Assembly: GCA_963701965.1 (NCBI GenBank) | Contig: OY969695.1 | Span: 4,736,001-4,800,000, forward strand | Direction: 5' to 3' | DNA length: 64,000 nucleotides | From: an uncultured Gemmatimonadales bacterium | GTDB lineage: Bacteria > Gemmatimonadota > Gemmatimonadetes > Gemmatimonadales > Gemmatimonadaceae | Shown here: positions 21,921-31,938 of the stretch, one piece after another | Layout: each line of letters opens with the position of its first letter | Numbering within the stretch: the first letter of the stretch is position 1 | Position numbers and translations under genes: made by a program | Notes under the pieces: generated by a model | Database searches by the model: none | Seen by the model: the letters and a program-made list of their open reading frames with translations, nothing else | What the model was told of the DNA's origin: nothing

Positions 21921-22583
21921 GTGATCATTCGGCCGGCTCCGGGGTCACCCCTGCTCATCACCCAGCCCGATCACGCGGCGCTGGCCGCGCGCATCATGGC
22001 GCAGTGGCGCGCCGACGAACTGCCCGAGTCGTCGCGCCGGGCCGACATCCTCCTGGCCGTTACCGAGCATGATGGCGGGTGGCTCGAGATCGACCATACG
22101 CCCATGCGAAACGACGCGGGCGAAATCCTGGACTTCATGACGGCGCCCGTCGAGATCCGCCAGGGCGTCTGGCCGCGGGCGGTGGCGCGGTTGGGCCACG
22201 CGCCCTATGCCGCGGCCCTCGTGGCCCAACACGCGATCCATGTCTATGCGCGCTACCGCGCGGATGACCGCTGGCAGGCGTTCTTTCGGGACATGGAGCT
22301 CCGGCGCGACGCGCAGCTGCGCGCGGCGGCGCCGGCAACCCCCGAGGAGCTCCTCGCCGACTATCGATTCGTACGCATCGGCGATCTCTTGTCGTTGACC
22401 TTCTGCGCGGGGTGGACCAATGCCCAGACCGATCCCTACGGCTACGTCGCGCGCCTGGATGACACCCGATTGACGATCGAGCCCGACCCGTTCGCGGGCG
22501 GTCAGGTGGCGTTGGTCGTGCCGGCGCGCGCCGTGGGTGATCTCCGCGCGTTGACGGTCACCGGGGTTGCGTCGGGTCGGTGA
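21921..22583 (+). CDS. DUF3891 family protein
   Basis: LITQPDHAALA, EHDGGW, PYAAALVAQH, DLLSLTFC. Confidence 0.8.
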   Translation: MIIRPAPGSPLLITQPDHAALAARIMAQWRADELPESSRRADILLAVTEHDGGWLEIDHTPMRNDAGEILDFMTAPVEIRQGVWPRAVARLGHAPYAAALVAQHAIHVYARYRADDRWQAFFRDMELRRDAQLRAAAPATPEELLADYRFVRIGDLLSLTFCAGWTNAQTDPYGYVARLDDTRLTIEPDPFAGGQVALVVPARAVGDLRALTVTGVASGR

Positions 22584-23106
22584 CCACGCCGGTCGCTTGC
22601 CCGAGCGCGGCGAGCGCGGCGCGGAGAGTACGCGACAGGGTGTCGTCCGCCGCAATGGTCGCGCCGTCCAGTCCCCGGGCCAGTAAGGGGACCGCGACGC
22701 TGGCATCGGGTATGACGCGCGCCGACATGGTCGTGAGCGTCTCGACGAGGGACGCCTGGGCGTGGATGGCGCGGGGCAATGTGTTGATCAACGCCACCGG
22801 CTTCCCGGGAAACTCGAAGCCGCCGACGAGCCAGTCGAGCGCGTTTTTGAGTACGCCGGGCATGCCGTGCGCGTACTCCGGACTCGAGATCACGATGGCG
22901 TCGCTCGCGCCGACCGCGTGCCGGAGCGCGGCGACTTCGACGGGGACGGTGGCGCCGTCGAGATCGGGATTGAAGTAGGGCAGGCGGTCGAGTCGGTCGT
23001 AGCGCTCGACAATGACGTCCGGCGGGGCGAGGAGGCGGAGTGCGTCGAGGACGGCGGTGTTGCTCGAGCCTGCGCGGAGACTGCCGGAGATGGCGAGGAT
23101 CAGCAC
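22558..23106 (-). CDS. NADPH-dependent FMN reductase
   Basis: ISGSLRAGSSN, SPEYAHGMPGVLKNALDW. Confidence 0.92.
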   Translation of the reverse strand: MLILAISGSLRAGSSNTAVLDALRLLAPPDVIVERYDRLDRLPYFNPDLDGATVPVEVAALRHAVGASDAIVISSPEYAHGMPGVLKNALDWLVGGFEFPGKPVALINTLPRAIHAQASLVETLTTMSARVIPDASVAVPLLARGLDGATIAADDTLSRTLRAALAALGQATGVVTDPTQPR

Positions 23107-23192
23107 GACGCGAAAGATATCCGCGTCAATGGTGGGATCAGTTTATGCAGCGCTCGCGGTTACCTTCGTGTTCCTCTCCCGGGAGCAAACCC

Positions 23193-23699
23193 ATGGGCGT
23201 GCTCAATGAGCTCGGCAGCATTCTGAAGCAGTATCAAGGTCAGGCCACGGGCACGGTGCCGGCCGCCGAAGTCGCCACCCATTTCGACCAAGTGGCCACG
23301 GCCGTGCCGCCGGATCAGCTGGCGGACGGTGTCGCCCACGCAATGCGGTCCGATCAGACGCCGGCCTTCTCCCAAATGGTGAGCAGCCTGTTCAGCCAAG
23401 CGAACGGCGCCCAGAAAGCCGGGATGCTCAACCAACTCCTCGCCTCACTGGGGCCGAAGGCGGCTCCGATGTTGGCGGGCGGCACGCTGGCGGGTCTCGC
23501 CGACCGGGGCGCCACGCCCGAGGACGCGCAGAAAGTGACACCCGAGACGGTGCAACAGCTCGCCGATCACGCCCAGAGCAACGATGGATCGATCGTCGAC
23601 CGTCTCAGCGGCTTCTACGCGCAGCATCCCACGCTGGTCAAAGGCCTCGGCGCGTCGGCGTTGGCCTTGGTGATGTCGCGGATCTCGCGACGCCAGTAG
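23193..23699 (+). CDS. Conserved hypothetical protein (YidB/DUF937-like)
   Basis: AMRSDQTPAF, IVDRLSGFYAQHPTLVK; GGAG RBS. Confidence 0.6.
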   Translation: MGVLNELGSILKQYQGQATGTVPAAEVATHFDQVATAVPPDQLADGVAHAMRSDQTPAFSQMVSSLFSQANGAQKAGMLNQLLASLGPKAAPMLAGGTLAGLADRGATPEDAQKVTPETVQQLADHAQSNDGSIVDRLSGFYAQHPTLVKGLGASALALVMSRISRRQ

Positions 23700-24432
23700 C
23701 CGGGTAGCCCAGGCCCGCCGACACGGACCGGGCGGCGGCGGCAACCGCATGGCCAATGGCGTGCACCTTGGCGCCGGCGCGAAAGCGCGGGCCGCCGACG
23801 GTGAGCGCGGCGGCCACCTCCCCCCGGTGATTGTACACGGGGGCGCCGACGGCGACGACGTGATCATGGTGTTCGCCGTCGACCATGGCGTACCCGCGGG
23901 CCTGCGACTGCTCCAGTTCGCGCATCAGCACGCGCACGTCGGTGATCGTCGCCGGCGTGAACCGCTGCAGGGGCGGCCGGATGAGCGCGCGTTGCCGGGC
24001 GGGAGACGACCACGCCAGGAACGCCTTGCCGCCGGCGCTGGCGTGCAGCGGGGCCCGGCCCCCGAGGAGTCCGGGGATCATCAAGGGTTGATAACTCTCC
24101 ACGACCTGCACCGTGACGCCGGCAGCGCCGTCGAGCAGCATCACCGTCGCCGTCTCGCACGTCTCAGCGCTGAGTCGTCGGAGCACCGGATCGGCGATCC
24201 GTTGCAGTGTCGTCGAGTTCCGGGCCAACTCGCCGAGCACCGCCAGCCGCATCCCCAGCCGATAGAGGCCGCTCTGGGGGTCCCGGTCGAGAAATCCGGC
24301 GGCCTCAATGCCATGGAGCAGGCGATAGGCCGTGCTCTTCGGCCAGTGGAACCGGGTCGCGATCTCCCGGGCCGAAAGCTCCGGGCGCTCGTTGGAAAAG
24401 AGCGCCAGGACTTTGTTGAGTTTGAGCAGCAT
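23638..24432 (-). CDS. IclR-family transcriptional regulator
   Basis: PKSTAYRLL HTH, YRLG, PLHASAGGKAFLA, VGAPV. Confidence 0.92.
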   Translation of the reverse strand: MLLKLNKVLALFSNERPELSAREIATRFHWPKSTAYRLLHGIEAAGFLDRDPQSGLYRLGMRLAVLGELARNSTTLQRIADPVLRRLSAETCETATVMLLDGAAGVTVQVVESYQPLMIPGLLGGRAPLHASAGGKAFLAWSSPARQRALIRPPLQRFTPATITDVRVLMRELEQSQARGYAMVDGEHHDHVVAVGAPVYNHRGEVAAALTVGGPRFRAGAKVHAIGHAVAAAARSVSAGLGYPATGVARSATSPRPTPTRRGL

Positions 24433-24505
24433 CGGGCGACTAACGTACGAAGACCCGTGCCCCACCGCAACGGCCCGGTCCGGCGCCGGGTGCCACGCTC
24501 AGCCG

Positions 24506-24895
24506 CTACCGCGGCCGTACATAGAAGCTCGACATGTTGACGGCCGGCATGAGCTGCAGGCACGGTTCCCCCTCGGCGTCGACGTGGACGACGTCGGTCA
24601 CGTAATCGCCGCCTCCGCCGATGAGGTGCACGTACAGTCGCAGGTCACCATCCTCGAGCATCGAGACGGGGACTTGCACTGTGGTCGAGCTGTGGGCGAT
24701 CGCCCAACCAACGCGGTAGCGCTGTCCCACGCGTACCGCATAGATGTCGGCGTCGGCCATGTTCTGATTGTCGATCGAGACCGAGACCTTCGAGCCGAGC
24801 TGCAAGGGTGGACCCGTATCCGGTGCGCGCCCCGCGCATCCGAGCGTGGCGATGGTCAGAAGAGCAAGGCCGAGCGATAGCTGAGGGCCGAGCAT
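24506..24895 (-). CDS. Hypothetical lipoprotein
   Basis: Hydrophobic signal ending TLGC; short beta-rich domain. Confidence 0.6.
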   Translation of the reverse strand: MLGPQLSLGLALLTIATLGCAGRAPDTGPPLQLGSKVSVSIDNQNMADADIYAVRVGQRYRVGWAIAHSSTTVQVPVSMLEDGDLRLYVHLIGGGGDYVTDVVHVDAEGEPCLQLMPAVNMSSFYVRPR

Positions 24896-25034
24896 AAGCC
24901 CCGACTCCGGCTTGAGATGGGAGCGTGGGCCGCAATCGCTATACCCGCGCCGGCGCGCGCCGACGGTTCCGTGCAATTGGCGTGATGTCGCTCTTGGTCT
25001 ATGTTGTGGCGTGCACCGCGTACTCCGGCTCGCC

Positions 25035-25576
25035 AACCTCCTTCTCGCATCGCTGGGGCTCGTGGCGGGTGTCGCGCGTCCGGTGCAAGCGCAGGCCCGC
25101 GACTCGACCTACGACGATCACATCGACGCTGCCCAACGCGCCGACTCCGCGCGCGACACCGGCGCCGCCCACGCCCATCTGCTCCGCGCGTTGGCCCTGC
25201 TCCACGGCCACCCCGACATCGTGTAGCTGCTGGCCCGCAACGCCGTCCGCGGTGACGTGGCTCGCGCATCCGGATACGATCGCCGTGAGCGGCATCAATG
25301 GGATGTATCTCGTCGGCCACGCCCTGATCGCGATCCAGAACGGCGCCGACCCGGCGCGCATCGTCCGGCTCGATCTCGATGCGACGCTCCAACGCGTTGT
25401 CCGATGCACCCGTCATCGCGCGCGGCGCCAACTCACTCGGCCAACCCACGCACGGTGTGTTGGTGGACGGCGCGTTCTACTTTCTCGCCAACACCGGGTG
25501 GGACCGGTTTGGCGACGATGGCGCCATTAAGGGCGCCGGGACCCCCGCCCGGTTGGTGCGCGTCGACGAGCATTGA
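25035..25576 (+). pseudogene. Remnant of a secreted beta-propeller-like protein
   Basis: Signal/TPR-like start ends at in-frame TAG (25224-25226) and is joined to GINGMY..LIAIQNG..PTHGV..ANTGWDRF fragments in other frames. Confidence 0.5.
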
Positions 25577-25609
25577 CAAATGCCGTGACGTGGTGAAAAT
25601 TCAGCACAC

Positions 25610-26002
25610 ATGGCCAAGACACGCGGGGAAGGCGCCCTCAGCCGGCGCGAGCGGCAGGTGATGGACATTCTGCATCGCCGGGGCGAGGCGACGGTCGCCG
25701 ATATCATGGACGAGCTGCCCGACCCGCCGACCTACTCGGCGGTCCGGTCGGTCCTGCGCATCCTTGGGCACAAGGACCTGGTCCGCTACAAGCAGGACGG
25801 GCCGCGCTACGTCTATCTCCCCGCGCTCCCGACCGAGCGGGCGCGGGACGCGGCGCTCGAGCACGTGGTCGACACCTACTTCGCCGGCTCGGCGGAGCAG
25901 GCGGTCACGGCGCTGCTCAAACTGTCGGATGCCGACTTGAGTATGCAGGATATCAATGCGCTGCGCGAGCAGATCCGGCGCGCGCGCGCCAATGGGAGGT
26001 GA
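25610..26002 (+). CDS. BlaI/MecI/CopY-family repressor
   Basis: LSRRERQVMDIL, PTYSAVRSVLRIL, DTYFAGS; TTGACA at 25573. Confidence 0.92.
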   Translation: MAKTRGEGALSRRERQVMDILHRRGEATVADIMDELPDPPTYSAVRSVLRILGHKDLVRYKQDGPRYVYLPALPTERARDAALEHVVDTYFAGSAEQAVTALLKLSDADLSMQDINALREQIRRARANGR

Positions 26003-26006
26003 TGCC

Positions 26007-27935
26007 GTGCCTGACTCCACCGTCGTGATGGTTCTGGGCAGGATCACGATCCTGCTCGTGTTGGCCTTTGCCGCCGCGACCCTGCTGCGCCGGTCGTCGG
26101 CCGGCGCGCGGTATCTCGTGTGGCTGGCGACCCTTGTCGGCGTCGTGCTCTTGCCCGCGGCCGCCGTGTGGGCGCCGGTGCGCGTGGCGGTGCTCCCGGC
26201 CGCCGTGGCGCCCTCACACGCGATCCGTCGGATGCCGGCTGTCGCCAACGTCTCGACAGAGACCGTGGCGGAGCCTACGGTCGCACCTGCGGTTGCTCCT
26301 GCGGCCCACGCCGCGCCGGCACGCCCGTCTCCATTCTGGATCCTCGGCGGTCTCTGGCTCGGGGCGATGCTGGCACTCGCCGCGCGATTGATTCACGGGA
26401 TGATCACCGTACGCCGGATCGCGCGCCGCGCGCGACCGCTCGAGACTCCCGAGTGGCGCGCCGCGCTGCTCGAGGTCTCCGATCGCTTGGGGCTCGAGGA
26501 GCCGCCCCGGCTCGTCCTGTCGGACGACGTCACGGTGCCGTTCGCCTGCGGCCTGCGACGGCCCACCGTCGTGTTGCCGGCGCCGGCCGCGGCGTGGACC
26601 GATGATCGCCGGCGCGCGGTCCTGTTGCACGAGTTGGCCCACGTGGGGCGCGGCGACATGATGGGACACCTGCTGAGCCGCATCGCCTGCGTGGTGTATT
26701 GGTTTCACCCGCTGGTGTGGACGGCGGCGCGGCGGCTGCGCGCCGAGAGCGAGCTGGCGTGCGACGATCTCGCTTTGCAGTCCGGGGCGCGGGCCAGCGA
26801 TTATGCGCAGCATCTGCTCGACATCGTGACGGGCATGCGTGGTCCGGCGACGCCCGCGGCGGCGGTCGCCATGGCGCGCCGCCGGGAGTTCGAGGGTCGC
26901 CTGCTCGCCATCCTCGATCCCGCCCGGGCGCGCGCCACGCCGAGCCGGATGCGCGCCGCGGCGCTGGTGGTGGGATTGGCCGCGGTGTACGGCGCGGTTG
27001 GTCTCGTGGTGTTGGGCCCCCGGTCCGCCGCCGCCGTGACGCCGCAGTCCGTGGCGATGACCGCGACTCCGGCCACGCCGGCGCGGCCGACGGCGGCTTC
27101 GCCCGCTTCGCCGCCCCCTTCGCCGGCCGCGGCGGCCCCACGCCCGGCGCGCGTCGCCAGCCCGGCGCGTCCCACACCCGCCCCGGTGGCCAGCGCGCCC
27201 GAACAGCCGTCGAGCGATTCGTCCGGCCGGCGCGTCACGCTGCTCGCCACGATCCTCCGGACCGATTCCAGCGCCGAGCTACGCAAAGTGGCGGCTTGGG
27301 GCCTGGAGCAGTTCGCCGAGTCCGACGCCGCCCGCGACGCGCTGGCCAAAGCGCTCCGCGGCGACGCCAGCGCCACGGTGCGCGAGATGGCGGCCTGGGC
27401 CCTGGAGAGCGCCAGCGGGGAACCTGGAACGTCCGCGCTGATCAACGCCATGACGAATGACCACGACCGGTCGGTCCGCTCCACGGCCGCGTGGGCGCTG
27501 GCCCACGAGTCGTCGCCCGCCGTCGTCCCCCTCTACGTGGCGGCGCTCCGGGACTCGAGCGCCGAGGTCCGCGCCACCGCGGCCTGGGCGATGGGGCAGA
27601 GTGATCTCGAGCACGCGCCACCGGGACTCATCGCCGCCATCGCCGACAAGGACCGGCACGTGCGCCTGGTGACCGTCTGGGCGCTGTCGCAGATCAAGGA
27701 CCCCGCTTCCGCGCCCGCGCTCACCGCCGCGCTGGAAAAGGAGACCGACGACGGCATGCGCGAGCATCTCGTCCGTGCGATCGCCTCAATGGGCGAAGGG
27801 TCTCCGGATGTCGTCGAGAAGTTGCTCGACTCTCCCGACCACGCCACCCGCGCGCTCGCCGTGCGCGAGCTGGCCGGCGACCACCAGGCCTCGGTGTGGC
27901 CGATGCCGTGGCCGCGCCCGCGCCCATTCCCCTGA
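26007..27935 (+). CDS. M56 (BlaR1-like) metallopeptidase with HEAT repeats
   Basis: LLHELAHV, WFHPLVW, ELACDD, YAQHLL; Pro/Ala linker; VR..AAWAL repeats. Confidence 0.9.
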   Translation: MPDSTVVMVLGRITILLVLAFAAATLLRRSSAGARYLVWLATLVGVVLLPAAAVWAPVRVAVLPAAVAPSHAIRRMPAVANVSTETVAEPTVAPAVAPAAHAAPARPSPFWILGGLWLGAMLALAARLIHGMITVRRIARRARPLETPEWRAALLEVSDRLGLEEPPRLVLSDDVTVPFACGLRRPTVVLPAPAAAWTDDRRRAVLLHELAHVGRGDMMGHLLSRIACVVYWFHPLVWTAARRLRAESELACDDLALQSGARASDYAQHLLDIVTGMRGPATPAAAVAMARRREFEGRLLAILDPARARATPSRMRAAALVVGLAAVYGAVGLVVLGPRSAAAVTPQSVAMTATPATPARPTAASPASPPPSPAAAAPRPARVASPARPTPAPVASAPEQPSSDSSGRRVTLLATILRTDSSAELRKVAAWGLEQFAESDAARDALAKALRGDASATVREMAAWALESASGEPGTSALINAMTNDHDRSVRSTAAWALAHESSPAVVPLYVAALRDSSAEVRATAAWAMGQSDLEHAPPGLIAAIADKDRHVRLVTVWALSQIKDPASAPALTAALEKETDDGMREHLVRAIASMGEGSPDVVEKLLDSPDHATRALAVRELAGDHQASVWPMPWPRPRPFP

Positions 27936-28014
27936 TGGCGAACCGGTAACGGCGTCACCCGACGCTGGCGCCTTGTCGTAGATGCTGATTTTTCACCCGA
28001 CTCACGGAGTCCTG

Positions 28015-29322
28015 ATGCTGCCTGTGCTCGCCTCTCTCGCCCTGTGGTCCCAGAACGCGAGTGCGCCCATCGCGTCGTTGCTCGCGGCCGCGCACGGTGT
28101 CGCCCCGACGGTGTGCGCGCTGACGGCCGACGCCGTATGGTCCGGCAATCGGTTCGACGGCGCGGCACCCGTGACGCCGATCGGCGCCCAGGCCCGCGCC
28201 AACGTGCGCGACCTTCACGCCCGGCGTCTCGGCGACGCCAATGTGCGCGTCTTGATCGATAGTCTGGGGAGCACCGACGCGTGCGTCCGGGAGTTGGCGA
28301 TCCGCCTCGCCGGTGCCTCGCGCAGCAGCGTCGTCGCGCCGGCGTTGATCGAACGCCTGGCCTCGGCGTCGCCGGCAATGCGCGAAGTCGCCGCCTTCGG
28401 ATTGGGGTTGGTCGGATCCGAAACGGCCCCCCCAGCCGCGGTCGGTCCGCTGATCGGCGCCCTCCGCGATCGCAATGCGGCCGTCCGTGCCAATGCCGCG
28501 TGGGCGCTCGGCAACATCGAGGATGGCCGCGCCGTCAGGCCGCTGGTCGCGACACTCGGTGACGACAGTGCGGTGGTGCGCGAAGCCACGACGATCGCGC
28601 TCGGGCATCTCGACTCCGCGTCGGCGATTCCCGCGCTCATCGCCATCCTCCGGCGCGACCCGGTGCCGGACGTACGCCGCACGGCGGCCTGGGCGCTCGG
28701 CCAACTCGACGATGCTGGCGCCGATACCGCGCTCGTCGCCGTCCTCCAGCAGGAACGATCCGCCAGCGTCCGCGAGATGATTGTCTGGGCCATCGGCGAG
28801 CGGGAGGTGCATGCCGGGCCGGCCCTTGTCGGCGTGCTCAAGACCGACGCCACGGACGATGTGCGGGAGATGGCCGCGTGGGCCCTGGGACAAATCGGGG
28901 AGGCGGCCGCCACGGATGCGCTGGGGCAAGCGGCGGCGGGCGATCGCGACCCGAAGGTCCGCGGTGCGGCTGCCTGGGCCTTGGGTCAGATCGAGCCCCA
29001 CCCGGCACCCGCCGGACTGACGCACGCATTGGGCGACGCCGACGAGGATGTGCGCCAGCGGGCCGCTTGGGCGCTGTCTCAGATTGGCGACCCGCACACC
29101 GTGCCCGCCATCCAAGCCGCGCTCCGCCAGGAGCAGTCGTCCAATGTGCGGAAGGCGCTCGTGCGCGCGATGATCCGCTCGGGCGCGCACTCCGAAGAGG
29201 CCCTCGCCGATCTGCTGCGTTCGTCCGATCCGGCCGTCCGCAAGGCGGCCATCCGCGGCCTCGCCGGGGCTAGCAACGACCCGTGGCCGTGGCCCTGGCC
29301 CCGCCCGCGGCCGTTTCCGTGA
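28015..29322 (+). CDS. Secreted HEAT-repeat protein
   Basis: About ten VRxxAAWALG repeats; signal peptide; WPWPWPRPRPFP tail. Confidence 0.88.
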   Translation: MLPVLASLALWSQNASAPIASLLAAAHGVAPTVCALTADAVWSGNRFDGAAPVTPIGAQARANVRDLHARRLGDANVRVLIDSLGSTDACVRELAIRLAGASRSSVVAPALIERLASASPAMREVAAFGLGLVGSETAPPAAVGPLIGALRDRNAAVRANAAWALGNIEDGRAVRPLVATLGDDSAVVREATTIALGHLDSASAIPALIAILRRDPVPDVRRTAAWALGQLDDAGADTALVAVLQQERSASVREMIVWAIGEREVHAGPALVGVLKTDATDDVREMAAWALGQIGEAAATDALGQAAAGDRDPKVRGAAAWALGQIEPHPAPAGLTHALGDADEDVRQRAAWALSQIGDPHTVPAIQAALRQEQSSNVRKALVRAMIRSGAHSEEALADLLRSSDPAVRKAAIRGLAGASNDPWPWPWPRPRPFP

Positions 29323-30646
29323 GACGCGCGGGGTGACGCTCGTAGATGTCGCGTCGCGAGAGGGGCAGCGCGACGCGACCCTGGGCGTCAGGCCGTCCGA
29401 AGAGCATCTGCGCCAGACTCAAATGTCCCGTCGCGAACGCGTGGGCCGATCCGGCCAGATAGAGACGGAACACCCGATAGGTGCGGGGACCGACCAATGA
29501 CTCGACCGCCCCGCGATGACGTTCCAGCCGGTGCATCCACTCGCGCAGGGTGTGCGCGTAGTGATCACGCAGCGTCTCCACGTCGCGCGTCTCCAAGCCG
29601 CAGGTCTCGGCGGCGTTGATGGCGTCGCCGAGGGGCACCAACTCGCCGTCGGGAAACACGTAGCGATCAATGAAGGCGCCGCTGCGCCACAGCACGTGAT
29701 CGCGCCACGTCCAGTGGTGGGAGGGCGGCGAGGCCACGATGCCGTGATTGAGCAGGAGCCCGCCGGGCACCAGCAGCGCGAAGAGCCGGCCGAAATACGA
29801 CCCGAGCATGGATCGGCCGACGTGCTCGAACATTCCGACGCTCGCGATCTTGTCGAATGGCGCGTCCGTGGCCAGATCGCGGTAGTCGCACACCTCGACG
29901 CGGCAGTGTGCGCCTAGTCCCAGCTCGCGAATGGCCGCGCCGGCCCACGCCGCCTGGCGTTCGCTCAGGGTGATGCCGAGCGCGTCGACGCCGTAGTGGC
30001 GGGCGGCGTGGCGGACGAGCGCACCCCATCCGCATCCGACATCGAGCAGGCGCTCGCCCGGCGCCAGCCGCAGCTTGCGGCAGATGTGATCGAGCTTCTG
30101 CGTCTGCGCCGCATCGAGACTCTCGTCACCTGTCTCGTAGTATGCGCAGGAGTAAGTGAGCGACCGGTCCAACCACAGGGCGTAGAATTCGTTGCCCAGG
30201 TCGTAGTGCGCGCATACCACCGTCGCGTCGCGGGCCGGTGAGTGGCGCCGGCCGTCGCGATGGGCCCCGTTGTGATCCGACGCGTCGGCCTCGCCGCGGC
30301 CGGCGCGCGGCAGACGGCGGGCGTGCGCGGCGATGCGCAGCAGCGGGCCGGGCGAGCTCAGGTGGGCATGCAATCGATCACGGACGGCCATCGCGGCTTC
30401 CATGTCGCCGTCGATCTCCAAGTCGCCATCGATCAGTGACTCCGCGAGGGCCAGCTCCGATGGCCGTGCGAAGGCCCGTCGCAACGCCGCGGCGTTGTTG
30501 ACCAGCAGCGTAAAAGCAGGGGGGCGGACCGGTGAGGAGTCCTCATCGCCGGTCCAGTACCGGATGGTGAACTCGCGCCCGGAGGGTGGCCCGAACACCA
30601 GCCGCGCCACCGTGCGGGCGTGCACGAGCGGTATATGGGCGCGCAT
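29270..30646 (-). CDS. cfa: Cyclopropane-fatty-acyl-phospholipid synthase
   Basis: HYDLGNEFY, YSCAYY, LLDVGCGWG, SVGMFEHVG, FIDRYVFPDGEL. Confidence 0.92.
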   Translation of the reverse strand: MRAHIPLVHARTVARLVFGPPSGREFTIRYWTGDEDSSPVRPPAFTLLVNNAAALRRAFARPSELALAESLIDGDLEIDGDMEAAMAVRDRLHAHLSSPGPLLRIAAHARRLPRAGRGEADASDHNGAHRDGRRHSPARDATVVCAHYDLGNEFYALWLDRSLTYSCAYYETGDESLDAAQTQKLDHICRKLRLAPGERLLDVGCGWGALVRHAARHYGVDALGITLSERQAAWAGAAIRELGLGAHCRVEVCDYRDLATDAPFDKIASVGMFEHVGRSMLGSYFGRLFALLVPGGLLLNHGIVASPPSHHWTWRDHVLWRSGAFIDRYVFPDGELVPLGDAINAAETCGLETRDVETLRDHYAHTLREWMHRLERHRGAVESLVGPRTYRVFRLYLAGSAHAFATGHLSLAQMLFGRPDAQGRVALPLSRRDIYERHPARLTETAAGGARATATGRC

Positions 30647-30710
30647 ACGATATCGGATCTTTGCCAAACTCGTGCCGCCCATCGCGCGCGGCGCCGTTGC
30701 TCCGGTCGAG

Positions 30711-31064
30711 TCAGGTCCAACGCCGGCTGAGGAGGGTGGCGAGCGGCTGGACGAGCGCCAGGGGATCGGCGTCGGGCTCAATGGCGATGGACACGTGACC
30801 CCACGTGGTGGGCACCACGAGCTGGTACATGCGGCCGTAGCGAATGAGCACGAATCGCAGGCCGCCGACATCAATGTTGCCGCGTTGGGTCGCCAACGTG
30901 AGAATCGTCGGATTGACGAGCAATTCTTCGTAGCGGTCGGACTCGGGACTGGATGCGCCCGCGCGATTCGGCCGGCTGCGCAATGTGAGCACGCCGGAGT
31001 TATAGGTGGCCACGTAGCGGACTACGGGAGACACCGCCAGGATCGCTTCGATGAGTGCATCCAC
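30711..31064 (-). CDS. Small hypothetical protein, possibly roadblock/profilin-like fold
   Basis: 117-aa ORF with RBS; alpha/beta pattern VRYVA..RGNIDVGGLRFVLIRYG. Confidence 0.55.
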   Translation of the reverse strand: MDALIEAILAVSPVVRYVATYNSGVLTLRSRPNRAGASSPESDRYEELLVNPTILTLATQRGNIDVGGLRFVLIRYGRMYQLVVPTTWGHVSIAIEPDADPLALVQPLATLLSRRWT

Positions 31065-31254
31065 GAGCAGGAAATCTAACGAGGCGGACGAGCGCGCTCA
31101 GCGTATTCTGGCCATCCGCCGCCTGTGGCGTCCTGTCTTGAACGCGCCACGCACGAGTTGAACGCAGCGACCCCGGAGTCGTCCCGGGATTCGGGAGTTT
31201 CGTCCCGCCGGTTCTCCGTGCTCCGTCCCAGTGCGCTACAATGTTGTTGTGCCG

Positions 31255-31938
31255 ATGCGAACGATCGTCACCGTCGCGCTCGTGCTGGGGACGAGCGCCG
31301 GCGGACAGCAGCCCACCGTCGTCGCGCTTGCCGCGGAGCCGAGCCATCACCACGTGATGACGACGGAGCGCGTGCGGGTGTTCGACGTCCGGGTCGCGCC
31401 CCACGCCACGACGCTCATCCACCGCCACGATGCCGACTATCTCTTCGTCGCGCTCGGCGCCTCGGACATCACCAGCGTCCCCGTGGGCGACACGGCGGTG
31501 CACCTGGTCTTGGCCGATGGCGACGTCCGGTACGCGAAGGGCGGCTTCGCGCACGCGGCGGCCAACAACAGTAGCCGGGTCTTTCACAACGAGACGATCG
31601 AGCTGGTGCAACCCGCGACGCACGTCGTCCGTTGTGCCAGCGCCTGTGGCGATACGGTGATGACGGCCGATCAGTGGGTGGTGCGGCGCGTCACCATCCC
31701 GGCGTCCGGTCATCTCACCGTCGCCCGACCGACCCTGGCCGTCGCCGTGTCGGATGTGCGTCTCTCGCTCGGGACCTCGTCCATGCGCGGTGCGCCGGGC
31801 ACCCTGGCATGGATCTCGGCGCAGCCGAGACCACCTAAACCGACGGCGGATCTGGCGACGCCCAGCGTCGCCCTGATCGATCGGGCCACCAACGTCGCGC
31901 CGACCGACGCCAGGGTCGTGCTGATCGTGTTTCGCTAG
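31255..31938 (+). CDS. Secreted cupin-domain protein
   Basis: EPSHHHV, VRVFDV, HRHDADY, GGFAHAAAN. Confidence 0.7.
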   Translation: MRTIVTVALVLGTSAGGQQPTVVALAAEPSHHHVMTTERVRVFDVRVAPHATTLIHRHDADYLFVALGASDITSVPVGDTAVHLVLADGDVRYAKGGFAHAAANNSSRVFHNETIELVQPATHVVRCASACGDTVMTADQWVVRRVTIPASGHLTVARPTLAVAVSDVRLSLGTSSMRGAPGTLAWISAQPRPPKPTADLATPSVALIDRATNVAPTDARVVLIVFR

